DNA from: an uncultured Bacteroidia bacterium
GTDB taxonomy: Bacteria; Bacteroidota; Bacteroidia; Palsa-948
DNA: 64,000 nt
Assembly: GCA_964481195.1 (NCBI GenBank)
Contig: CAYZTB010000005.1
Location: forward strand, 10,138 to 74,137
Direction: 5' to 3'
The notes below the pieces were generated by a model that was given only the letters and a program-made list of their open reading frames with translations, was not told the origin of the DNA and made no database searches. Below are positions 54,184 through 62,752 of the stretch, piece by piece. How positions within the stretch are numbered: position 1 is the stretch's first letter; the number at the start of each line of letters is the position of its first letter. The position numbers were made by a program, and so were the translations under genes.

Positions 54184-56745
54184 TTACTTTACAATGTTAA
54201 CGTGACCTATATAAAGGTGTTTTTTATCAAATATATCAGTCAGTCTAACTTTCCATACATAAACATCCTCTTGAGCAAGTTGGTTGCTACCACCTCCCAT
54301 ATCTACTCCTCCTTTTACAACTTTTCCGTCCCATTTGCAATAGGATGAAAGTCCATCTTGTTTAGGATTTGTAGCATCATTATCCCAATTGGTATTTTTA
54401 TCTTCTACATGACAATCCCAAATTTGATTTCCCCATCTGTCAAAAAGCCAGATGTTATATTCTTTCACACCACGACTTTTCCCAAAAAACATTTCATTAA
54501 TAAAATCGCCATTAGGAGTAAATGTGTTAGGTATATAGAATGTAAACTCAGGAATAAGCTCCACAATTTTACAGGTTGTATCCCAACATCCGTATTGATT
54601 CTGAACATTAATACAAATTTTATAAGAATAAAAATCATTTGATGTTGCAGTTGCAGAATACGAATGTGAAGGATCTGTATTAATGATATCAGTCGTGTTA
54701 TCGCCAAAATCCCAAGTCCACTGAACTACATCCGTTGACCAAAGGTCACAAAAATAAAATACTGGGTTAGTAGTTGGCGCTATAGTTGGAGTAACACAAA
54801 AATCTGCATTAGGCCATGGGTATACTTCAACCATTGGAAGCTGAATGGAAGCCTTACAGCCAAAGTTTGTAGTCACACTAAGTGAAACGCTATAGGATCC
54901 AGGAGTATAATAACAAATATTAGTTGGGTTTTGAGATGAAGATGAAGATGGTGTTCCTCCAGGAAAAGACCAAGACCAAGAATTTACTGTTCCATCAACA
55001 GCTTGTGATAAATCAGTATAGTTAGCGCACACTGGAGAACAGCCACTATCTGGCGCAGAAAAATTAGCAATAGGAAGATTGTAAACCAATACCTGCTGAA
55101 TAATCGTATCAATACATCCAGCGACAGAAGTAACAATCAAAGAGACGGTATGCGTTCCCGCTATATTGTAAGTTGTTGAGGTATTTTGACTGGTAGCTGA
55201 AGCAGGATTTCCGCCAGGCATATTCCAATTCCAAGATGCAATGGGATCCCCTTGAACAGCCACAGATCCATCTGTTAATGTAGTAGCAACTCCTAAACAA
55301 GGAATAGTAGGAACAACTGCAGCTGTTGGAAACCCACCTACAGTAAGTGGTTGAGAAATAGTTGCCGTACATCCTTCAGATGAAGTAACTGTAATAGATG
55401 CTGTATAATTTCCAGGCGGGTATGTCACATTGGCTGTTTGGGTATTTGCCGTTGATGGACTGCCACCCGGAAAGCTCCAATTCCAATTAGTTATAGTTGA
55501 AGAAGTTGATGGAGTAACAATGCTATTATCTACAAACACATAGTTGCCGCAATTGCCTGTGTAAGTAAAGTTGGGTTGTACAACCGCAGGTGCATATTTC
55601 AAAAAGAAATTACAACCTGATGGCTGGATTACTTGAACAGCAAAAGTATCATTGGGAGTTGGTGTAACTAATAATGTTTGATTTGTTGCACCTGGCATTA
55701 AGGTGCCATTTTGATACCATTGATAATTATAGGGTACAGTAGAAGTCGAAGCTGGTCCAACAATAGAAGATTGGTTTCCAACACAACCCGCTGCTAAAGG
55801 CACTGGGCCACATTGCACATCCCAATAAGAGTGCGCATAGTGTCCACAGAATACACAATCATGATTATCAATTACACAAGTCAATTGCTGTCCTACATAT
55901 GCAGATAGATTTACGCCAACAATTGTCCAAGGCTTGTAAAAAGTACTATTTCCACCTAGGCATCCTGCAGCTGCTGTATACCATCCCGGTAAATTTGGGT
56001 CACTAATATAACGCTGAAAAGAGCAAGGAACTGTATCTCCATTTTGGTCTAATATTTTAAACTCTACATAAGGCTTTTCATTAAATGCATGTCCACTGGA
56101 AGGATCATAAAGTACAGCTGCAAATGCATAAACTAAATTTGTATCCTGTGCAGTTGGAGTGAAGGGAAACGTAAGTTGTTCTGTCATGCAACCAGTAGTT
56201 TGTGGTTGACCTAATTGAATAGAAGAGTTTCCAAACCCTGGAGCAACAACAGGTATTGTTGGAGCTCCTGCTGCAGCTCCTGGCGTACACGGATCTATTC
56301 CCGCTCCTGTTGTTATATTAAATCGAGGTGCTGGTGGATTAGGTACTGCTGGTTGTAATGTGCCGGGATTTCCTCCACTGTTCGAACCTATTGCTCCTAC
56401 CCATTGACTCCAACCATTTTCTACGCCTAAATCAGTACATGCTAAAGGAACAGGATTAGGATCTTTCTTTTTTGAGAATTGGGTAGAAGAAACAATTGAC
56501 TTATACTTTTGAAGATATAATTTTCTATCTGCTAATACTCTATCAATTTCCGGATCTGATAATCCGTCTTTTTTCATCATTTTTCTAAGCTCTTCATCGC
56601 TGGTACCAGTAACTATTGTTGCCTTTTCAGGAGAGTTTTTGCTAATAGTTTGTTGAGCAAACAACTCATTAAAAAAAAATGGTGAACAAAAAAAAGCAGT
56701 GATAAAAAAAATTACAGATAATCTAGCTGTTGTTTGGTTTTTCAT
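54184..56745 (-). CDS. Large secreted adhesin (paralogue E): signal peptide, MAM-like head, PKD domains, and a T9SS type-B CTD; monocistronic
   Basis: LACTDLGVENGWSQW, RFNITTGAGIDPCT, SYWDVQCG. The CTD is YIPNTFTPNGDFINEMFFGKSRGVKEYNIWLFDRWGNQIW. The DNA is about 80% identical to D over the 3' 400 nt. Confidence 0.8.
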   Translation of the reverse strand: MKNQTTARLSVIFFITAFFCSPFFFNELFAQQTISKNSPEKATIVTGTSDEELRKMMKKDGLSDPEIDRVLADRKLYLQKYKSIVSSTQFSKKKDPNPVPLACTDLGVENGWSQWVGAIGSNSGGNPGTLQPAVPNPPAPRFNITTGAGIDPCTPGAAAGAPTIPVVAPGFGNSSIQLGQPQTTGCMTEQLTFPFTPTAQDTNLVYAFAAVLYDPSSGHAFNEKPYVEFKILDQNGDTVPCSFQRYISDPNLPGWYTAAAGCLGGNSTFYKPWTIVGVNLSAYVGQQLTCVIDNHDCVFCGHYAHSYWDVQCGPVPLAAGCVGNQSSIVGPASTSTVPYNYQWYQNGTLMPGATNQTLLVTPTPNDTFAVQVIQPSGCNFFLKYAPAVVQPNFTYTGNCGNYVFVDNSIVTPSTSSTITNWNWSFPGGSPSTANTQTANVTYPPGNYTASITVTSSEGCTATISQPLTVGGFPTAAVVPTIPCLGVATTLTDGSVAVQGDPIASWNWNMPGGNPASATSQNTSTTYNIAGTHTVSLIVTSVAGCIDTIIQQVLVYNLPIANFSAPDSGCSPVCANYTDLSQAVDGTVNSWSWSFPGGTPSSSSSQNPTNICYYTPGSYSVSLSVTTNFGCKASIQLPMVEVYPWPNADFCVTPTIAPTTNPVFYFCDLWSTDVVQWTWDFGDNTTDIINTDPSHSYSATATSNDFYSYKICINVQNQYGCWDTTCKIVELIPEFTFYIPNTFTPNGDFINEMFFGKSRGVKEYNIWLFDRWGNQIWDCHVEDKNTNWDNDATNPKQDGLSSYCKWDGKVVKGGVDMGGGSNQLAQEDVYVWKVRLTDIFDKKHLYIGHVNIVK

Positions 56746-56789
56746 TTTGTTTATATTATTGGGGATTAAAAAATCTGATTTGTACTTTA

Positions 56790-56820
56790 AAGACGTAGTT
56801 ATTGCAAAAGGGTTGCCTTA
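56790..56820 (-). promoter_or_regulatory. Second copy of the ECF-type promoter (TTAAGGCAACCC-N16-CGTCTTTAAAGTACAAAT on the minus strand), 45 nt upstream of the paralogue E start codon
   Basis: Read directly from the sequence. It is near-identical to the motif at 54016-54045, including the downstream AGTACA.AT box. Confidence 0.5.
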
Positions 56821-56912
56821 AATTTCAAAATAATAATCAACCAAAGAAGTGAATTTTAAACAAAAAATTGAGCTTTATTACAGAAAACCCATTTTTAAAC
56901 AAATCAGATGCT

Positions 56913-58532
56913 TTAATTTTTAACCATTTTAGATGTAACAACTCCATTCTTAAATTTAAATTGAAGAAAATAAACTCCAGCAGGCTGTTTTGTTAAATTT
57001 AATTCTGATATTTCATTTTGAGAAGAGACTTGCTGCACCTTTCTTCCAAAAACATCAAATACTTCTACAGAAAATATTTTCTCATTTTGGGAATTTAACA
57101 GCACTTTTCCAGAAGACGGATTAGGTGTGATTTGTACAAAATTCATGTTACTATAATCTTCATAAACACTTGTATTCCAGCAATTCCCAGGCATATTTGC
57201 ATCCATCCAAACAAGACGTTTACCAATCCAAGTTTTTAAATTATTTACTTCTGTTTGATAGTTAAGAGTTAAATTAAATTGTGAGTAATGCCTTGCGCTA
57301 GCTACAGAAACATAATTGGCAACGCTATCCATTATATGATAAATGTTTGCGTTACTCAATACTGTTGAGCGTAGCTGTGTCCACCTGCATTTCATATCGC
57401 GCGTATAAACCGTATCCTGCAATAATCGTTTCCACCAAAATGGGACTGGAAACGATGCATTTACCCAGCAAGTTAGAGGATAGGTCCATCCCGTATCTGT
57501 CGCAAAGGGTTCACAGCCACCAACTTTTACTTCCCAAGCTGAATTATAATCCCAGTGTGGGCTAGCCATCAATTTACCTCCTTTGTTGATTCTGTCTTTT
57601 GTTAAATATGAGCTACGTTTATACGCGTCAATATTTTTACTCATCTCCTGAATAAAAAAGAAATCCATAAAGGTTGTAGACTCCATGTATTTTCTGTAAC
57701 CGTTTATTGGATCGGCAAAATTTGTACTTGACAACGCATTCTCAAAGCTATCTACATATGCTTGAATATATTTTTTTTGCTGCAAAGTAATATCAGCCCC
57801 TTTAGGATATTTATACGTTAGAAATAAATTTGCACTTTGAGGATGTGCTGAAAACCAACCACTATCCGATGCGTTTATATTTTGATCTACAGCAATAATA
57901 TAACCTCCTGTGAGTGAATCTCCGGCATTGTCATCGAAATCCAATTTTGAAATATCCACACGGTTTTTGTCTTTTTTAATTTTTTCCATCATTACATACA
58001 CCCCATTATATTTCCAAGTGAATCCTGTTTTAAGCATTACTTCACAATATTTAGTTCTGGAAACCCAATATCCTAACTCACGAACTAATTGATAGGTAAG
58101 AACATTTTTCATCAAGGTCGATTCGTTAAAAGGACCGTAAAGAATCCAATCATTTTCTTTAGGCATACCTAAAATGCTAACGTTGGTATCAATGTTTAAT
58201 GGATTTCTAGTTTCAAAACCATAACTTTTCTGTGTCCACCACCATTGCTGCGATATGGAACCACGTTGCTCTATTCCAATTTTTCCGTTGTACTTATAAC
58301 TGACATCTGTAACATGATTCATCAGATTGTAACCTTTATCCAAGATTGCCATGTTAGCATCAATCTTTGGCTCATCTACAATTGCCTGAAAGTTTGTATT
58401 AATGAAAACTATTGGTAGCCTTGTTGAATCCAATGTGGCAAGTGGTAAATGTCCATCTCCCTGCTTTTGAATGCTTTGAGCATTGGAAAAAATTGTGCTT
58501 AAAAAGAAAAGACCAAGTAAATATTTCTTCAT
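56913..58532 (-). CDS. CotH kinase-family protein with a T9SS type-A C-terminal sorting domain
   Basis: Signal peptide. The CotH-like core is LTYQLVRELGYWVSRTKYCEVMLKTGFTWKYNGVYVMMEKI. The C-terminus ITPNPSSGKVLLNS...GVYFLQFKFKNGVVTSKMVK is a Por secretion tail. Confidence 0.5.
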   Translation of the reverse strand: MKKYLLGLFFLSTIFSNAQSIQKQGDGHLPLATLDSTRLPIVFINTNFQAIVDEPKIDANMAILDKGYNLMNHVTDVSYKYNGKIGIEQRGSISQQWWWTQKSYGFETRNPLNIDTNVSILGMPKENDWILYGPFNESTLMKNVLTYQLVRELGYWVSRTKYCEVMLKTGFTWKYNGVYVMMEKIKKDKNRVDISKLDFDDNAGDSLTGGYIIAVDQNINASDSGWFSAHPQSANLFLTYKYPKGADITLQQKKYIQAYVDSFENALSSTNFADPINGYRKYMESTTFMDFFFIQEMSKNIDAYKRSSYLTKDRINKGGKLMASPHWDYNSAWEVKVGGCEPFATDTGWTYPLTCWVNASFPVPFWWKRLLQDTVYTRDMKCRWTQLRSTVLSNANIYHIMDSVANYVSVASARHYSQFNLTLNYQTEVNNLKTWIGKRLVWMDANMPGNCWNTSVYEDYSNMNFVQITPNPSSGKVLLNSQNEKIFSVEVFDVFGRKVQQVSSQNEISELNLTKQPAGVYFLQFKFKNGVVTSKMVKN

Positions 58533-58623
58533 GATGGAGAATTAAAGTTGAGTACACAAGGTGAATCACCTTGTGACGCTACACAAATATAAAAAGTTAC
58601 AGGGGAATAGAGAAATAATTACC

Positions 58624-59793
58624 CTATATCAGCTTTTGATAGGACTGCCACCAACGATCTGGCACTTCTTCCCTGGTTGCTGCTTCATAATCGGAATAGG
58701 AGCATGGAACGAGGCAATGTCTTTCAAATTTTAACTTTTTCTGCGTTGGATAAGGCACTTCCATCCACCAGCGATCAGAGCGTTTGGATTTATAAAATAC
58801 AATTTCGTTTTTGTGATCTTTGATAGAAACTCGATATTTTATATAATCCGATTTTTTTCTGAAAGGGAAATCCTGGTAACGCTTATAGTATCCTTCAATA
58901 AAATACCAAATCATTTGGGCTACTAAGTGCGCTGTTTGTCCATGTTTATCTTTCGAAGGATTAATTTCAAAAAATCCGATTGCACTTAGTTTATCGCTAA
59001 GTCCAGCGTAACGTGTAATCTGGCATGCTTCTTCGCCATAAAATCCGTTGGGTGTTGCGTTTCCATTTCCAGGAGCATCGCTCATTCGAATAGCAGAGAT
59101 ATCGAACGATAACATATCGGCACTGCGCACAATGGGCTCCACCTCTTCCATCTTACTTCTTACTTCTCCTAATCTATACGCATCAAAATACAATTTATGA
59201 AAAAGTTCAATTTCTTTTTGTGCTACAAAATAAGTTTGATAACCAATGTTACTATAGTTAAATAATATGTTTGGCTGATGTAAAATTATTTTACCCACGT
59301 AGGCCGAAGAATTGAATTCAGAATCCGGTCCGCCTATATCAAACTTTGCATCCACATCAACTAAATTAATAGTCGGTTCAATTTTATTAAATGCTTTGTA
59401 AATTGGAAAAGTCAGGTCTTGTCCGCCACCAATAACAATCGGAAGTATTTTATTTTTTATTAACTCATGGCAAACACTAGTCAATGCAAAATAGGAATCT
59501 TTAACAGTATGCCCTTGCTTGATATTCCCTAGGTCAACTATTCTTGCTTTATATTTTCCTTTAAATAAATTATATAAGTACGGCCTCACTGCATTGGCTG
59601 CTTCACCGGCACCTTCGTTATTTACTGCTCGCCTGTCTTCTTCCACCCCAACGATAGCCAAGTGCACGCCCTTCAACTCCGGGAATTGTTTGCCTGAAAG
59701 ATATTTACGAATGGCTGCCCCCAGTGTATTTTCCGGAAATTTTACTTCTCCTTCTAACTCAATGGGTGAAAAAAATTGGGATATGTCTTCCAT
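58624..59793 (-). CDS. Arginase/agmatinase/formiminoglutamase (ureohydrolase) family protein with a C-terminal extension
   Basis: GGGQDLTF (a GGDHS variant), DVDAKFD, and SFDISAIRMSDAPG (S.D.D..DP) manganese-binding motifs. Confidence 0.55.
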   Translation of the reverse strand: MEDISQFFSPIELEGEVKFPENTLGAAIRKYLSGKQFPELKGVHLAIVGVEEDRRAVNNEGAGEAANAVRPYLYNLFKGKYKARIVDLGNIKQGHTVKDSYFALTSVCHELIKNKILPIVIGGGQDLTFPIYKAFNKIEPTINLVDVDAKFDIGGPDSEFNSSAYVGKIILHQPNILFNYSNIGYQTYFVAQKEIELFHKLYFDAYRLGEVRSKMEEVEPIVRSADMLSFDISAIRMSDAPGNGNATPNGFYGEEACQITRYAGLSDKLSAIGFFEINPSKDKHGQTAHLVAQMIWYFIEGYYKRYQDFPFRKKSDYIKYRVSIKDHKNEIVFYKSKRSDRWWMEVPYPTQKKLKFERHCLVPCSYSDYEAATREEVPDRWWQSYQKLI

Positions 59794-59948
59794 AGATTAC
59801 AAATAACTAAGCAATTACAGATTTACTGTTGGTTAATGTGTACACAAAAATAAAGTGAAACACTCTGATAACAGAGCCCTAAAATCTCAGTTATCAACAG
59901 AGTTTTGAGTACTTAAGAAATAAACTTGTAAAATGAAGTGTAAAAGAA

Positions 59949-62573
59949 TTACTTCTTCTTAGCATACTTCTTCTTAGCCTTAATTATTTTCAATTTAGGC
60001 GTTTTGGTTTTCGCTGCAGTTTTTACTTTGGGCGCAGGAGCTTTCATTTCAGATATAGTCGCTTTGGGTTCTGCCTTTTTTGATTTTGCAGTTTTAGACT
60101 TCTTCCCTTTGCTGGCTTTCTTAAATCCTGCAATTTGCAAACACTCTTCAAGCTCTAGCTCTTGCGGATCTTTGCCGGCTGGTATGCTGAAATATTTTTT
60201 ACCCGACTGAATAGAAGGCTTGCCCCAACGATTAAAAACCACTTTCACTCTTCGTTCCCCTTCCCAGGATTTAATGTGCTTTTCTTTATCTTTTTGAATT
60301 TTTGCTGCTAATATTGGAATCGCCTCTTCAAGCGTTATCGTAAAAGGATCAAATACTTTAGGCATGGAAGCATTGGTGTTTCCGTGTTTGATATAATTTC
60401 CAAAAAAACCCTTAGCTGCCATTATATCCTGTCCTTCATACTGCCCTATTGTTCTTGGCAAACGAGGCCCATCCATAATTTCTGTAGCCCGTTCAAGCGT
60501 AATATTATATGGGTCTTCAGTTTTGGGAAGTGAAGTGAATGCTTCTTTATGCTTGATGTATGGACCAAACCTTCCTATGCTAATTATCAAATCCTCTCCT
60601 TGATATTTTCCAAGTGTTCGAGGAAGTTTAAATAAATCTAATGCTTCTTCTAAAGAAATGGTATCAATGCGTTGTCCTTTTCTGAGTGAAGCAAATTTCT
60701 GCTTCTCTTCTTCGTCCTGTCTGCCAATTTGTGCCATGGGACCAAACCTTCCAACACGAACCAAAATATCTCTTCCGCTTTTAGGGTCTTTCCCAAGTAC
60801 CCGTTCACCAGAGGCACGCTCCGAATCTTGTGTAGTAGTTTCTACAGTTTTATGAAAAGGAGTATAAAACTCTCTGAGCATATCCTTCCAAGATAATTTC
60901 CCTTCAGCAATAATATCAAACTCCTCCTCTACCTTTGCTGTAAAATGGTAGTCCATTATTTGAGGAAAATATTTTTCTAGAAAATCATTTACCACAATTC
61001 CAATATCTGTTGGGTATAACTTTCCCTTTTCAGCTCCTGTAATTTCTGTTTTTATTTCGGAAGTGATCTTTGTCTCTTTTAACAAGATAACGTTGTAATT
61101 TCTTTCTCTTCCTTCTCTCAATTCCTTATCAACATACAAACGTTTTATAATAGTAGATATAGTAGGAGCATAGGTAGAAGGCCTGCCTATTCCAAGAGAT
61201 TCTAATTTTTTTACCAAGCTAGCTTCCGTGAAACGTGCAGGAGGCAATGTAAAACGTTGGGTGGCAGAAATCTCTTGCATGCCCACGTCCTGTCCTACGG
61301 TAACTGCCGGAAGAATACCTTCTTCTTTTTCTTCTTCCTCATCTGTGCTTTCCATGTACACTTTCAAAAATCCATCAAATAAAATAATTTCTCCTAAAGC
61401 AAGAAAAATATTTTCTGTTTTATTTTGAGAAATAGTAATGGTAGTTTTCTCGAGTTCAGCATCTGCCATTTGGGAGGCAACCGTTCTTTTCCAAATTAGC
61501 TCATATAATTTTCTTTCACGATCATCTTCCGCTTCAATTGTTTTTGCATTCAAAAAAGTTGGTCGAATTGCTTCGTGTGCCTCTTGAGCATTTGCAGATT
61601 TGGTAGTGTATTGTCTTTTTTTCCAATATCCATCACCAAACAAGCGCTGAATTTCATTTCTTGCTGCGTTCAATGCAAATCCCGAAAGATTCACGGAATC
61701 AGTACGCATGTAAGTAATCTTACCTGCCTCGTATAAAGTTTGTGCAACACGCATAGTTTGCGATACCGAAAATCCAAGTTTCCTACTTGCTTCTTGCTGT
61801 AATGTAGAGGTAGTAAATGGAGCTGCGGGAGTACGTTTAGATGGCTTCTTTTCAATATTTTTTATTGAGAAGATTGCCCCGTTTAGCTTCTCCAACAAAT
61901 CATTTGCTTCTTTTTCAGATTTTAACTTATCTGATAAATCTGCCTTCAGTATCGTATCCTTTCCTTTTTCGTCTTTTACAGTAAACAAGCCTGTTACCTT
62001 ATAATAGGAAGAAACTTCAAATACGTTAATCTCTCTTTCGCGTTCCACTAGCAATCTTACCGATACGGATTGTACTCTGCCTGCCGAAAGTGATGGCTTA
62101 ACTTTTTTCCAAAGAATTGGCGACAGTTCGTATCCAACTAATCTATCCAACACCCTACGTGCCTGCTGGGCATCTACTAAATTCCTATCTATGGTGCGAG
62201 GGTTTCCAAACGCTTCCTGAATGGCAGTCTTTGTAATCTCGTGATACACAATACGTCTTGTTTTCTTTTCATCTAGACCCAACGCTTCCAACAAGTGCCA
62301 AGCAATGGCTTCGCCTTCTCGGTCTTCGTCCGTTGCTAGCCATACTATTTCAGATGCTTTTGCTAATTTTTTTAGCTCACTAACTACCTGCTTTTTTTCG
62401 GGAGATATTTCATAGGCTGGCTCAAAGTTGTTTTCTACATCAACGCCCATGTTCTTTTTAGGAAGATCGCGTATGTGGCCTATACTGGATTTTACAATAT
62501 AGTCATCGCCCAAAAACTTTCCAATGGTTTTGGCTTTGGCTGGTGACTCGACTATTACTAGATTTTTTGCCAT
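59949..62573 (-). CDS. topA: DNA topoisomerase I with a lysine-rich C-terminal tail
   Basis: MAKNLVIVESPAKAKTIGKFLG Toprim N-terminus, an active-site Tyr region, repeated C-terminal zinc-ribbon-like/Topo_C repeats, and a KKAKK-rich tail. Confidence 0.9.
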   Translation of the reverse strand: MAKNLVIVESPAKAKTIGKFLGDDYIVKSSIGHIRDLPKKNMGVDVENNFEPAYEISPEKKQVVSELKKLAKASEIVWLATDEDREGEAIAWHLLEALGLDEKKTRRIVYHEITKTAIQEAFGNPRTIDRNLVDAQQARRVLDRLVGYELSPILWKKVKPSLSAGRVQSVSVRLLVEREREINVFEVSSYYKVTGLFTVKDEKGKDTILKADLSDKLKSEKEANDLLEKLNGAIFSIKNIEKKPSKRTPAAPFTTSTLQQEASRKLGFSVSQTMRVAQTLYEAGKITYMRTDSVNLSGFALNAARNEIQRLFGDGYWKKRQYTTKSANAQEAHEAIRPTFLNAKTIEAEDDRERKLYELIWKRTVASQMADAELEKTTITISQNKTENIFLALGEIILFDGFLKVYMESTDEEEEKEEGILPAVTVGQDVGMQEISATQRFTLPPARFTEASLVKKLESLGIGRPSTYAPTISTIIKRLYVDKELREGRERNYNVILLKETKITSEIKTEITGAEKGKLYPTDIGIVVNDFLEKYFPQIMDYHFTAKVEEEFDIIAEGKLSWKDMLREFYTPFHKTVETTTQDSERASGERVLGKDPKSGRDILVRVGRFGPMAQIGRQDEEEKQKFASLRKGQRIDTISLEEALDLFKLPRTLGKYQGEDLIISIGRFGPYIKHKEAFTSLPKTEDPYNITLERATEIMDGPRLPRTIGQYEGQDIMAAKGFFGNYIKHGNTNASMPKVFDPFTITLEEAIPILAAKIQKDKEKHIKSWEGERRVKVVFNRWGKPSIQSGKKYFSIPAGKDPQELELEECLQIAGFKKASKGKKSKTAKSKKAEPKATISEMKAPAPKVKTAAKTKTPKLKIIKAKKKYAKKK

Positions 62574-62752
62574 AATGAAAACTGAAATTCAAACTGCATT
62601 TAATTAACAACCATACTTATAAAGATGCAAAAACTTGAAAATCGGTTGCAAAGGAAAACAATTTTTTAGTACAAAAAATATTGTGGACTTTTTTAAACTC
62701 AGTTTCTGCTATGAAAAAATGGGGGTAAAATAATTTTTAAAAGCACCCCAAA

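Noticed and set aside
42499-56745. Possible CRISPR array or tandem DNA repeats suggested by the repetitive look of this region
   Set aside because: The repetition is at protein-domain level (PKD modules and paralogous genes) with 75-80% DNA identity. There are no short identical direct repeats with unique spacers and no cas genes.
59794-59948. Imperfect repeated CTCTGATAACAGAG / CTCAGTTATCAACAGAG elements between topA and the arginase-family gene
   Set aside because: The stems are short and mismatched and there is no clear T-run. It could be a weak terminator or promoter-region dyad but is not convincing.
62700-62752. GGGGT...ACCCC hairpin with a 19-nt loop downstream of the rlmD stop
   Set aside because: The stem is short and the loop large. 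It is a possible weak terminator but is not reported as a feature.
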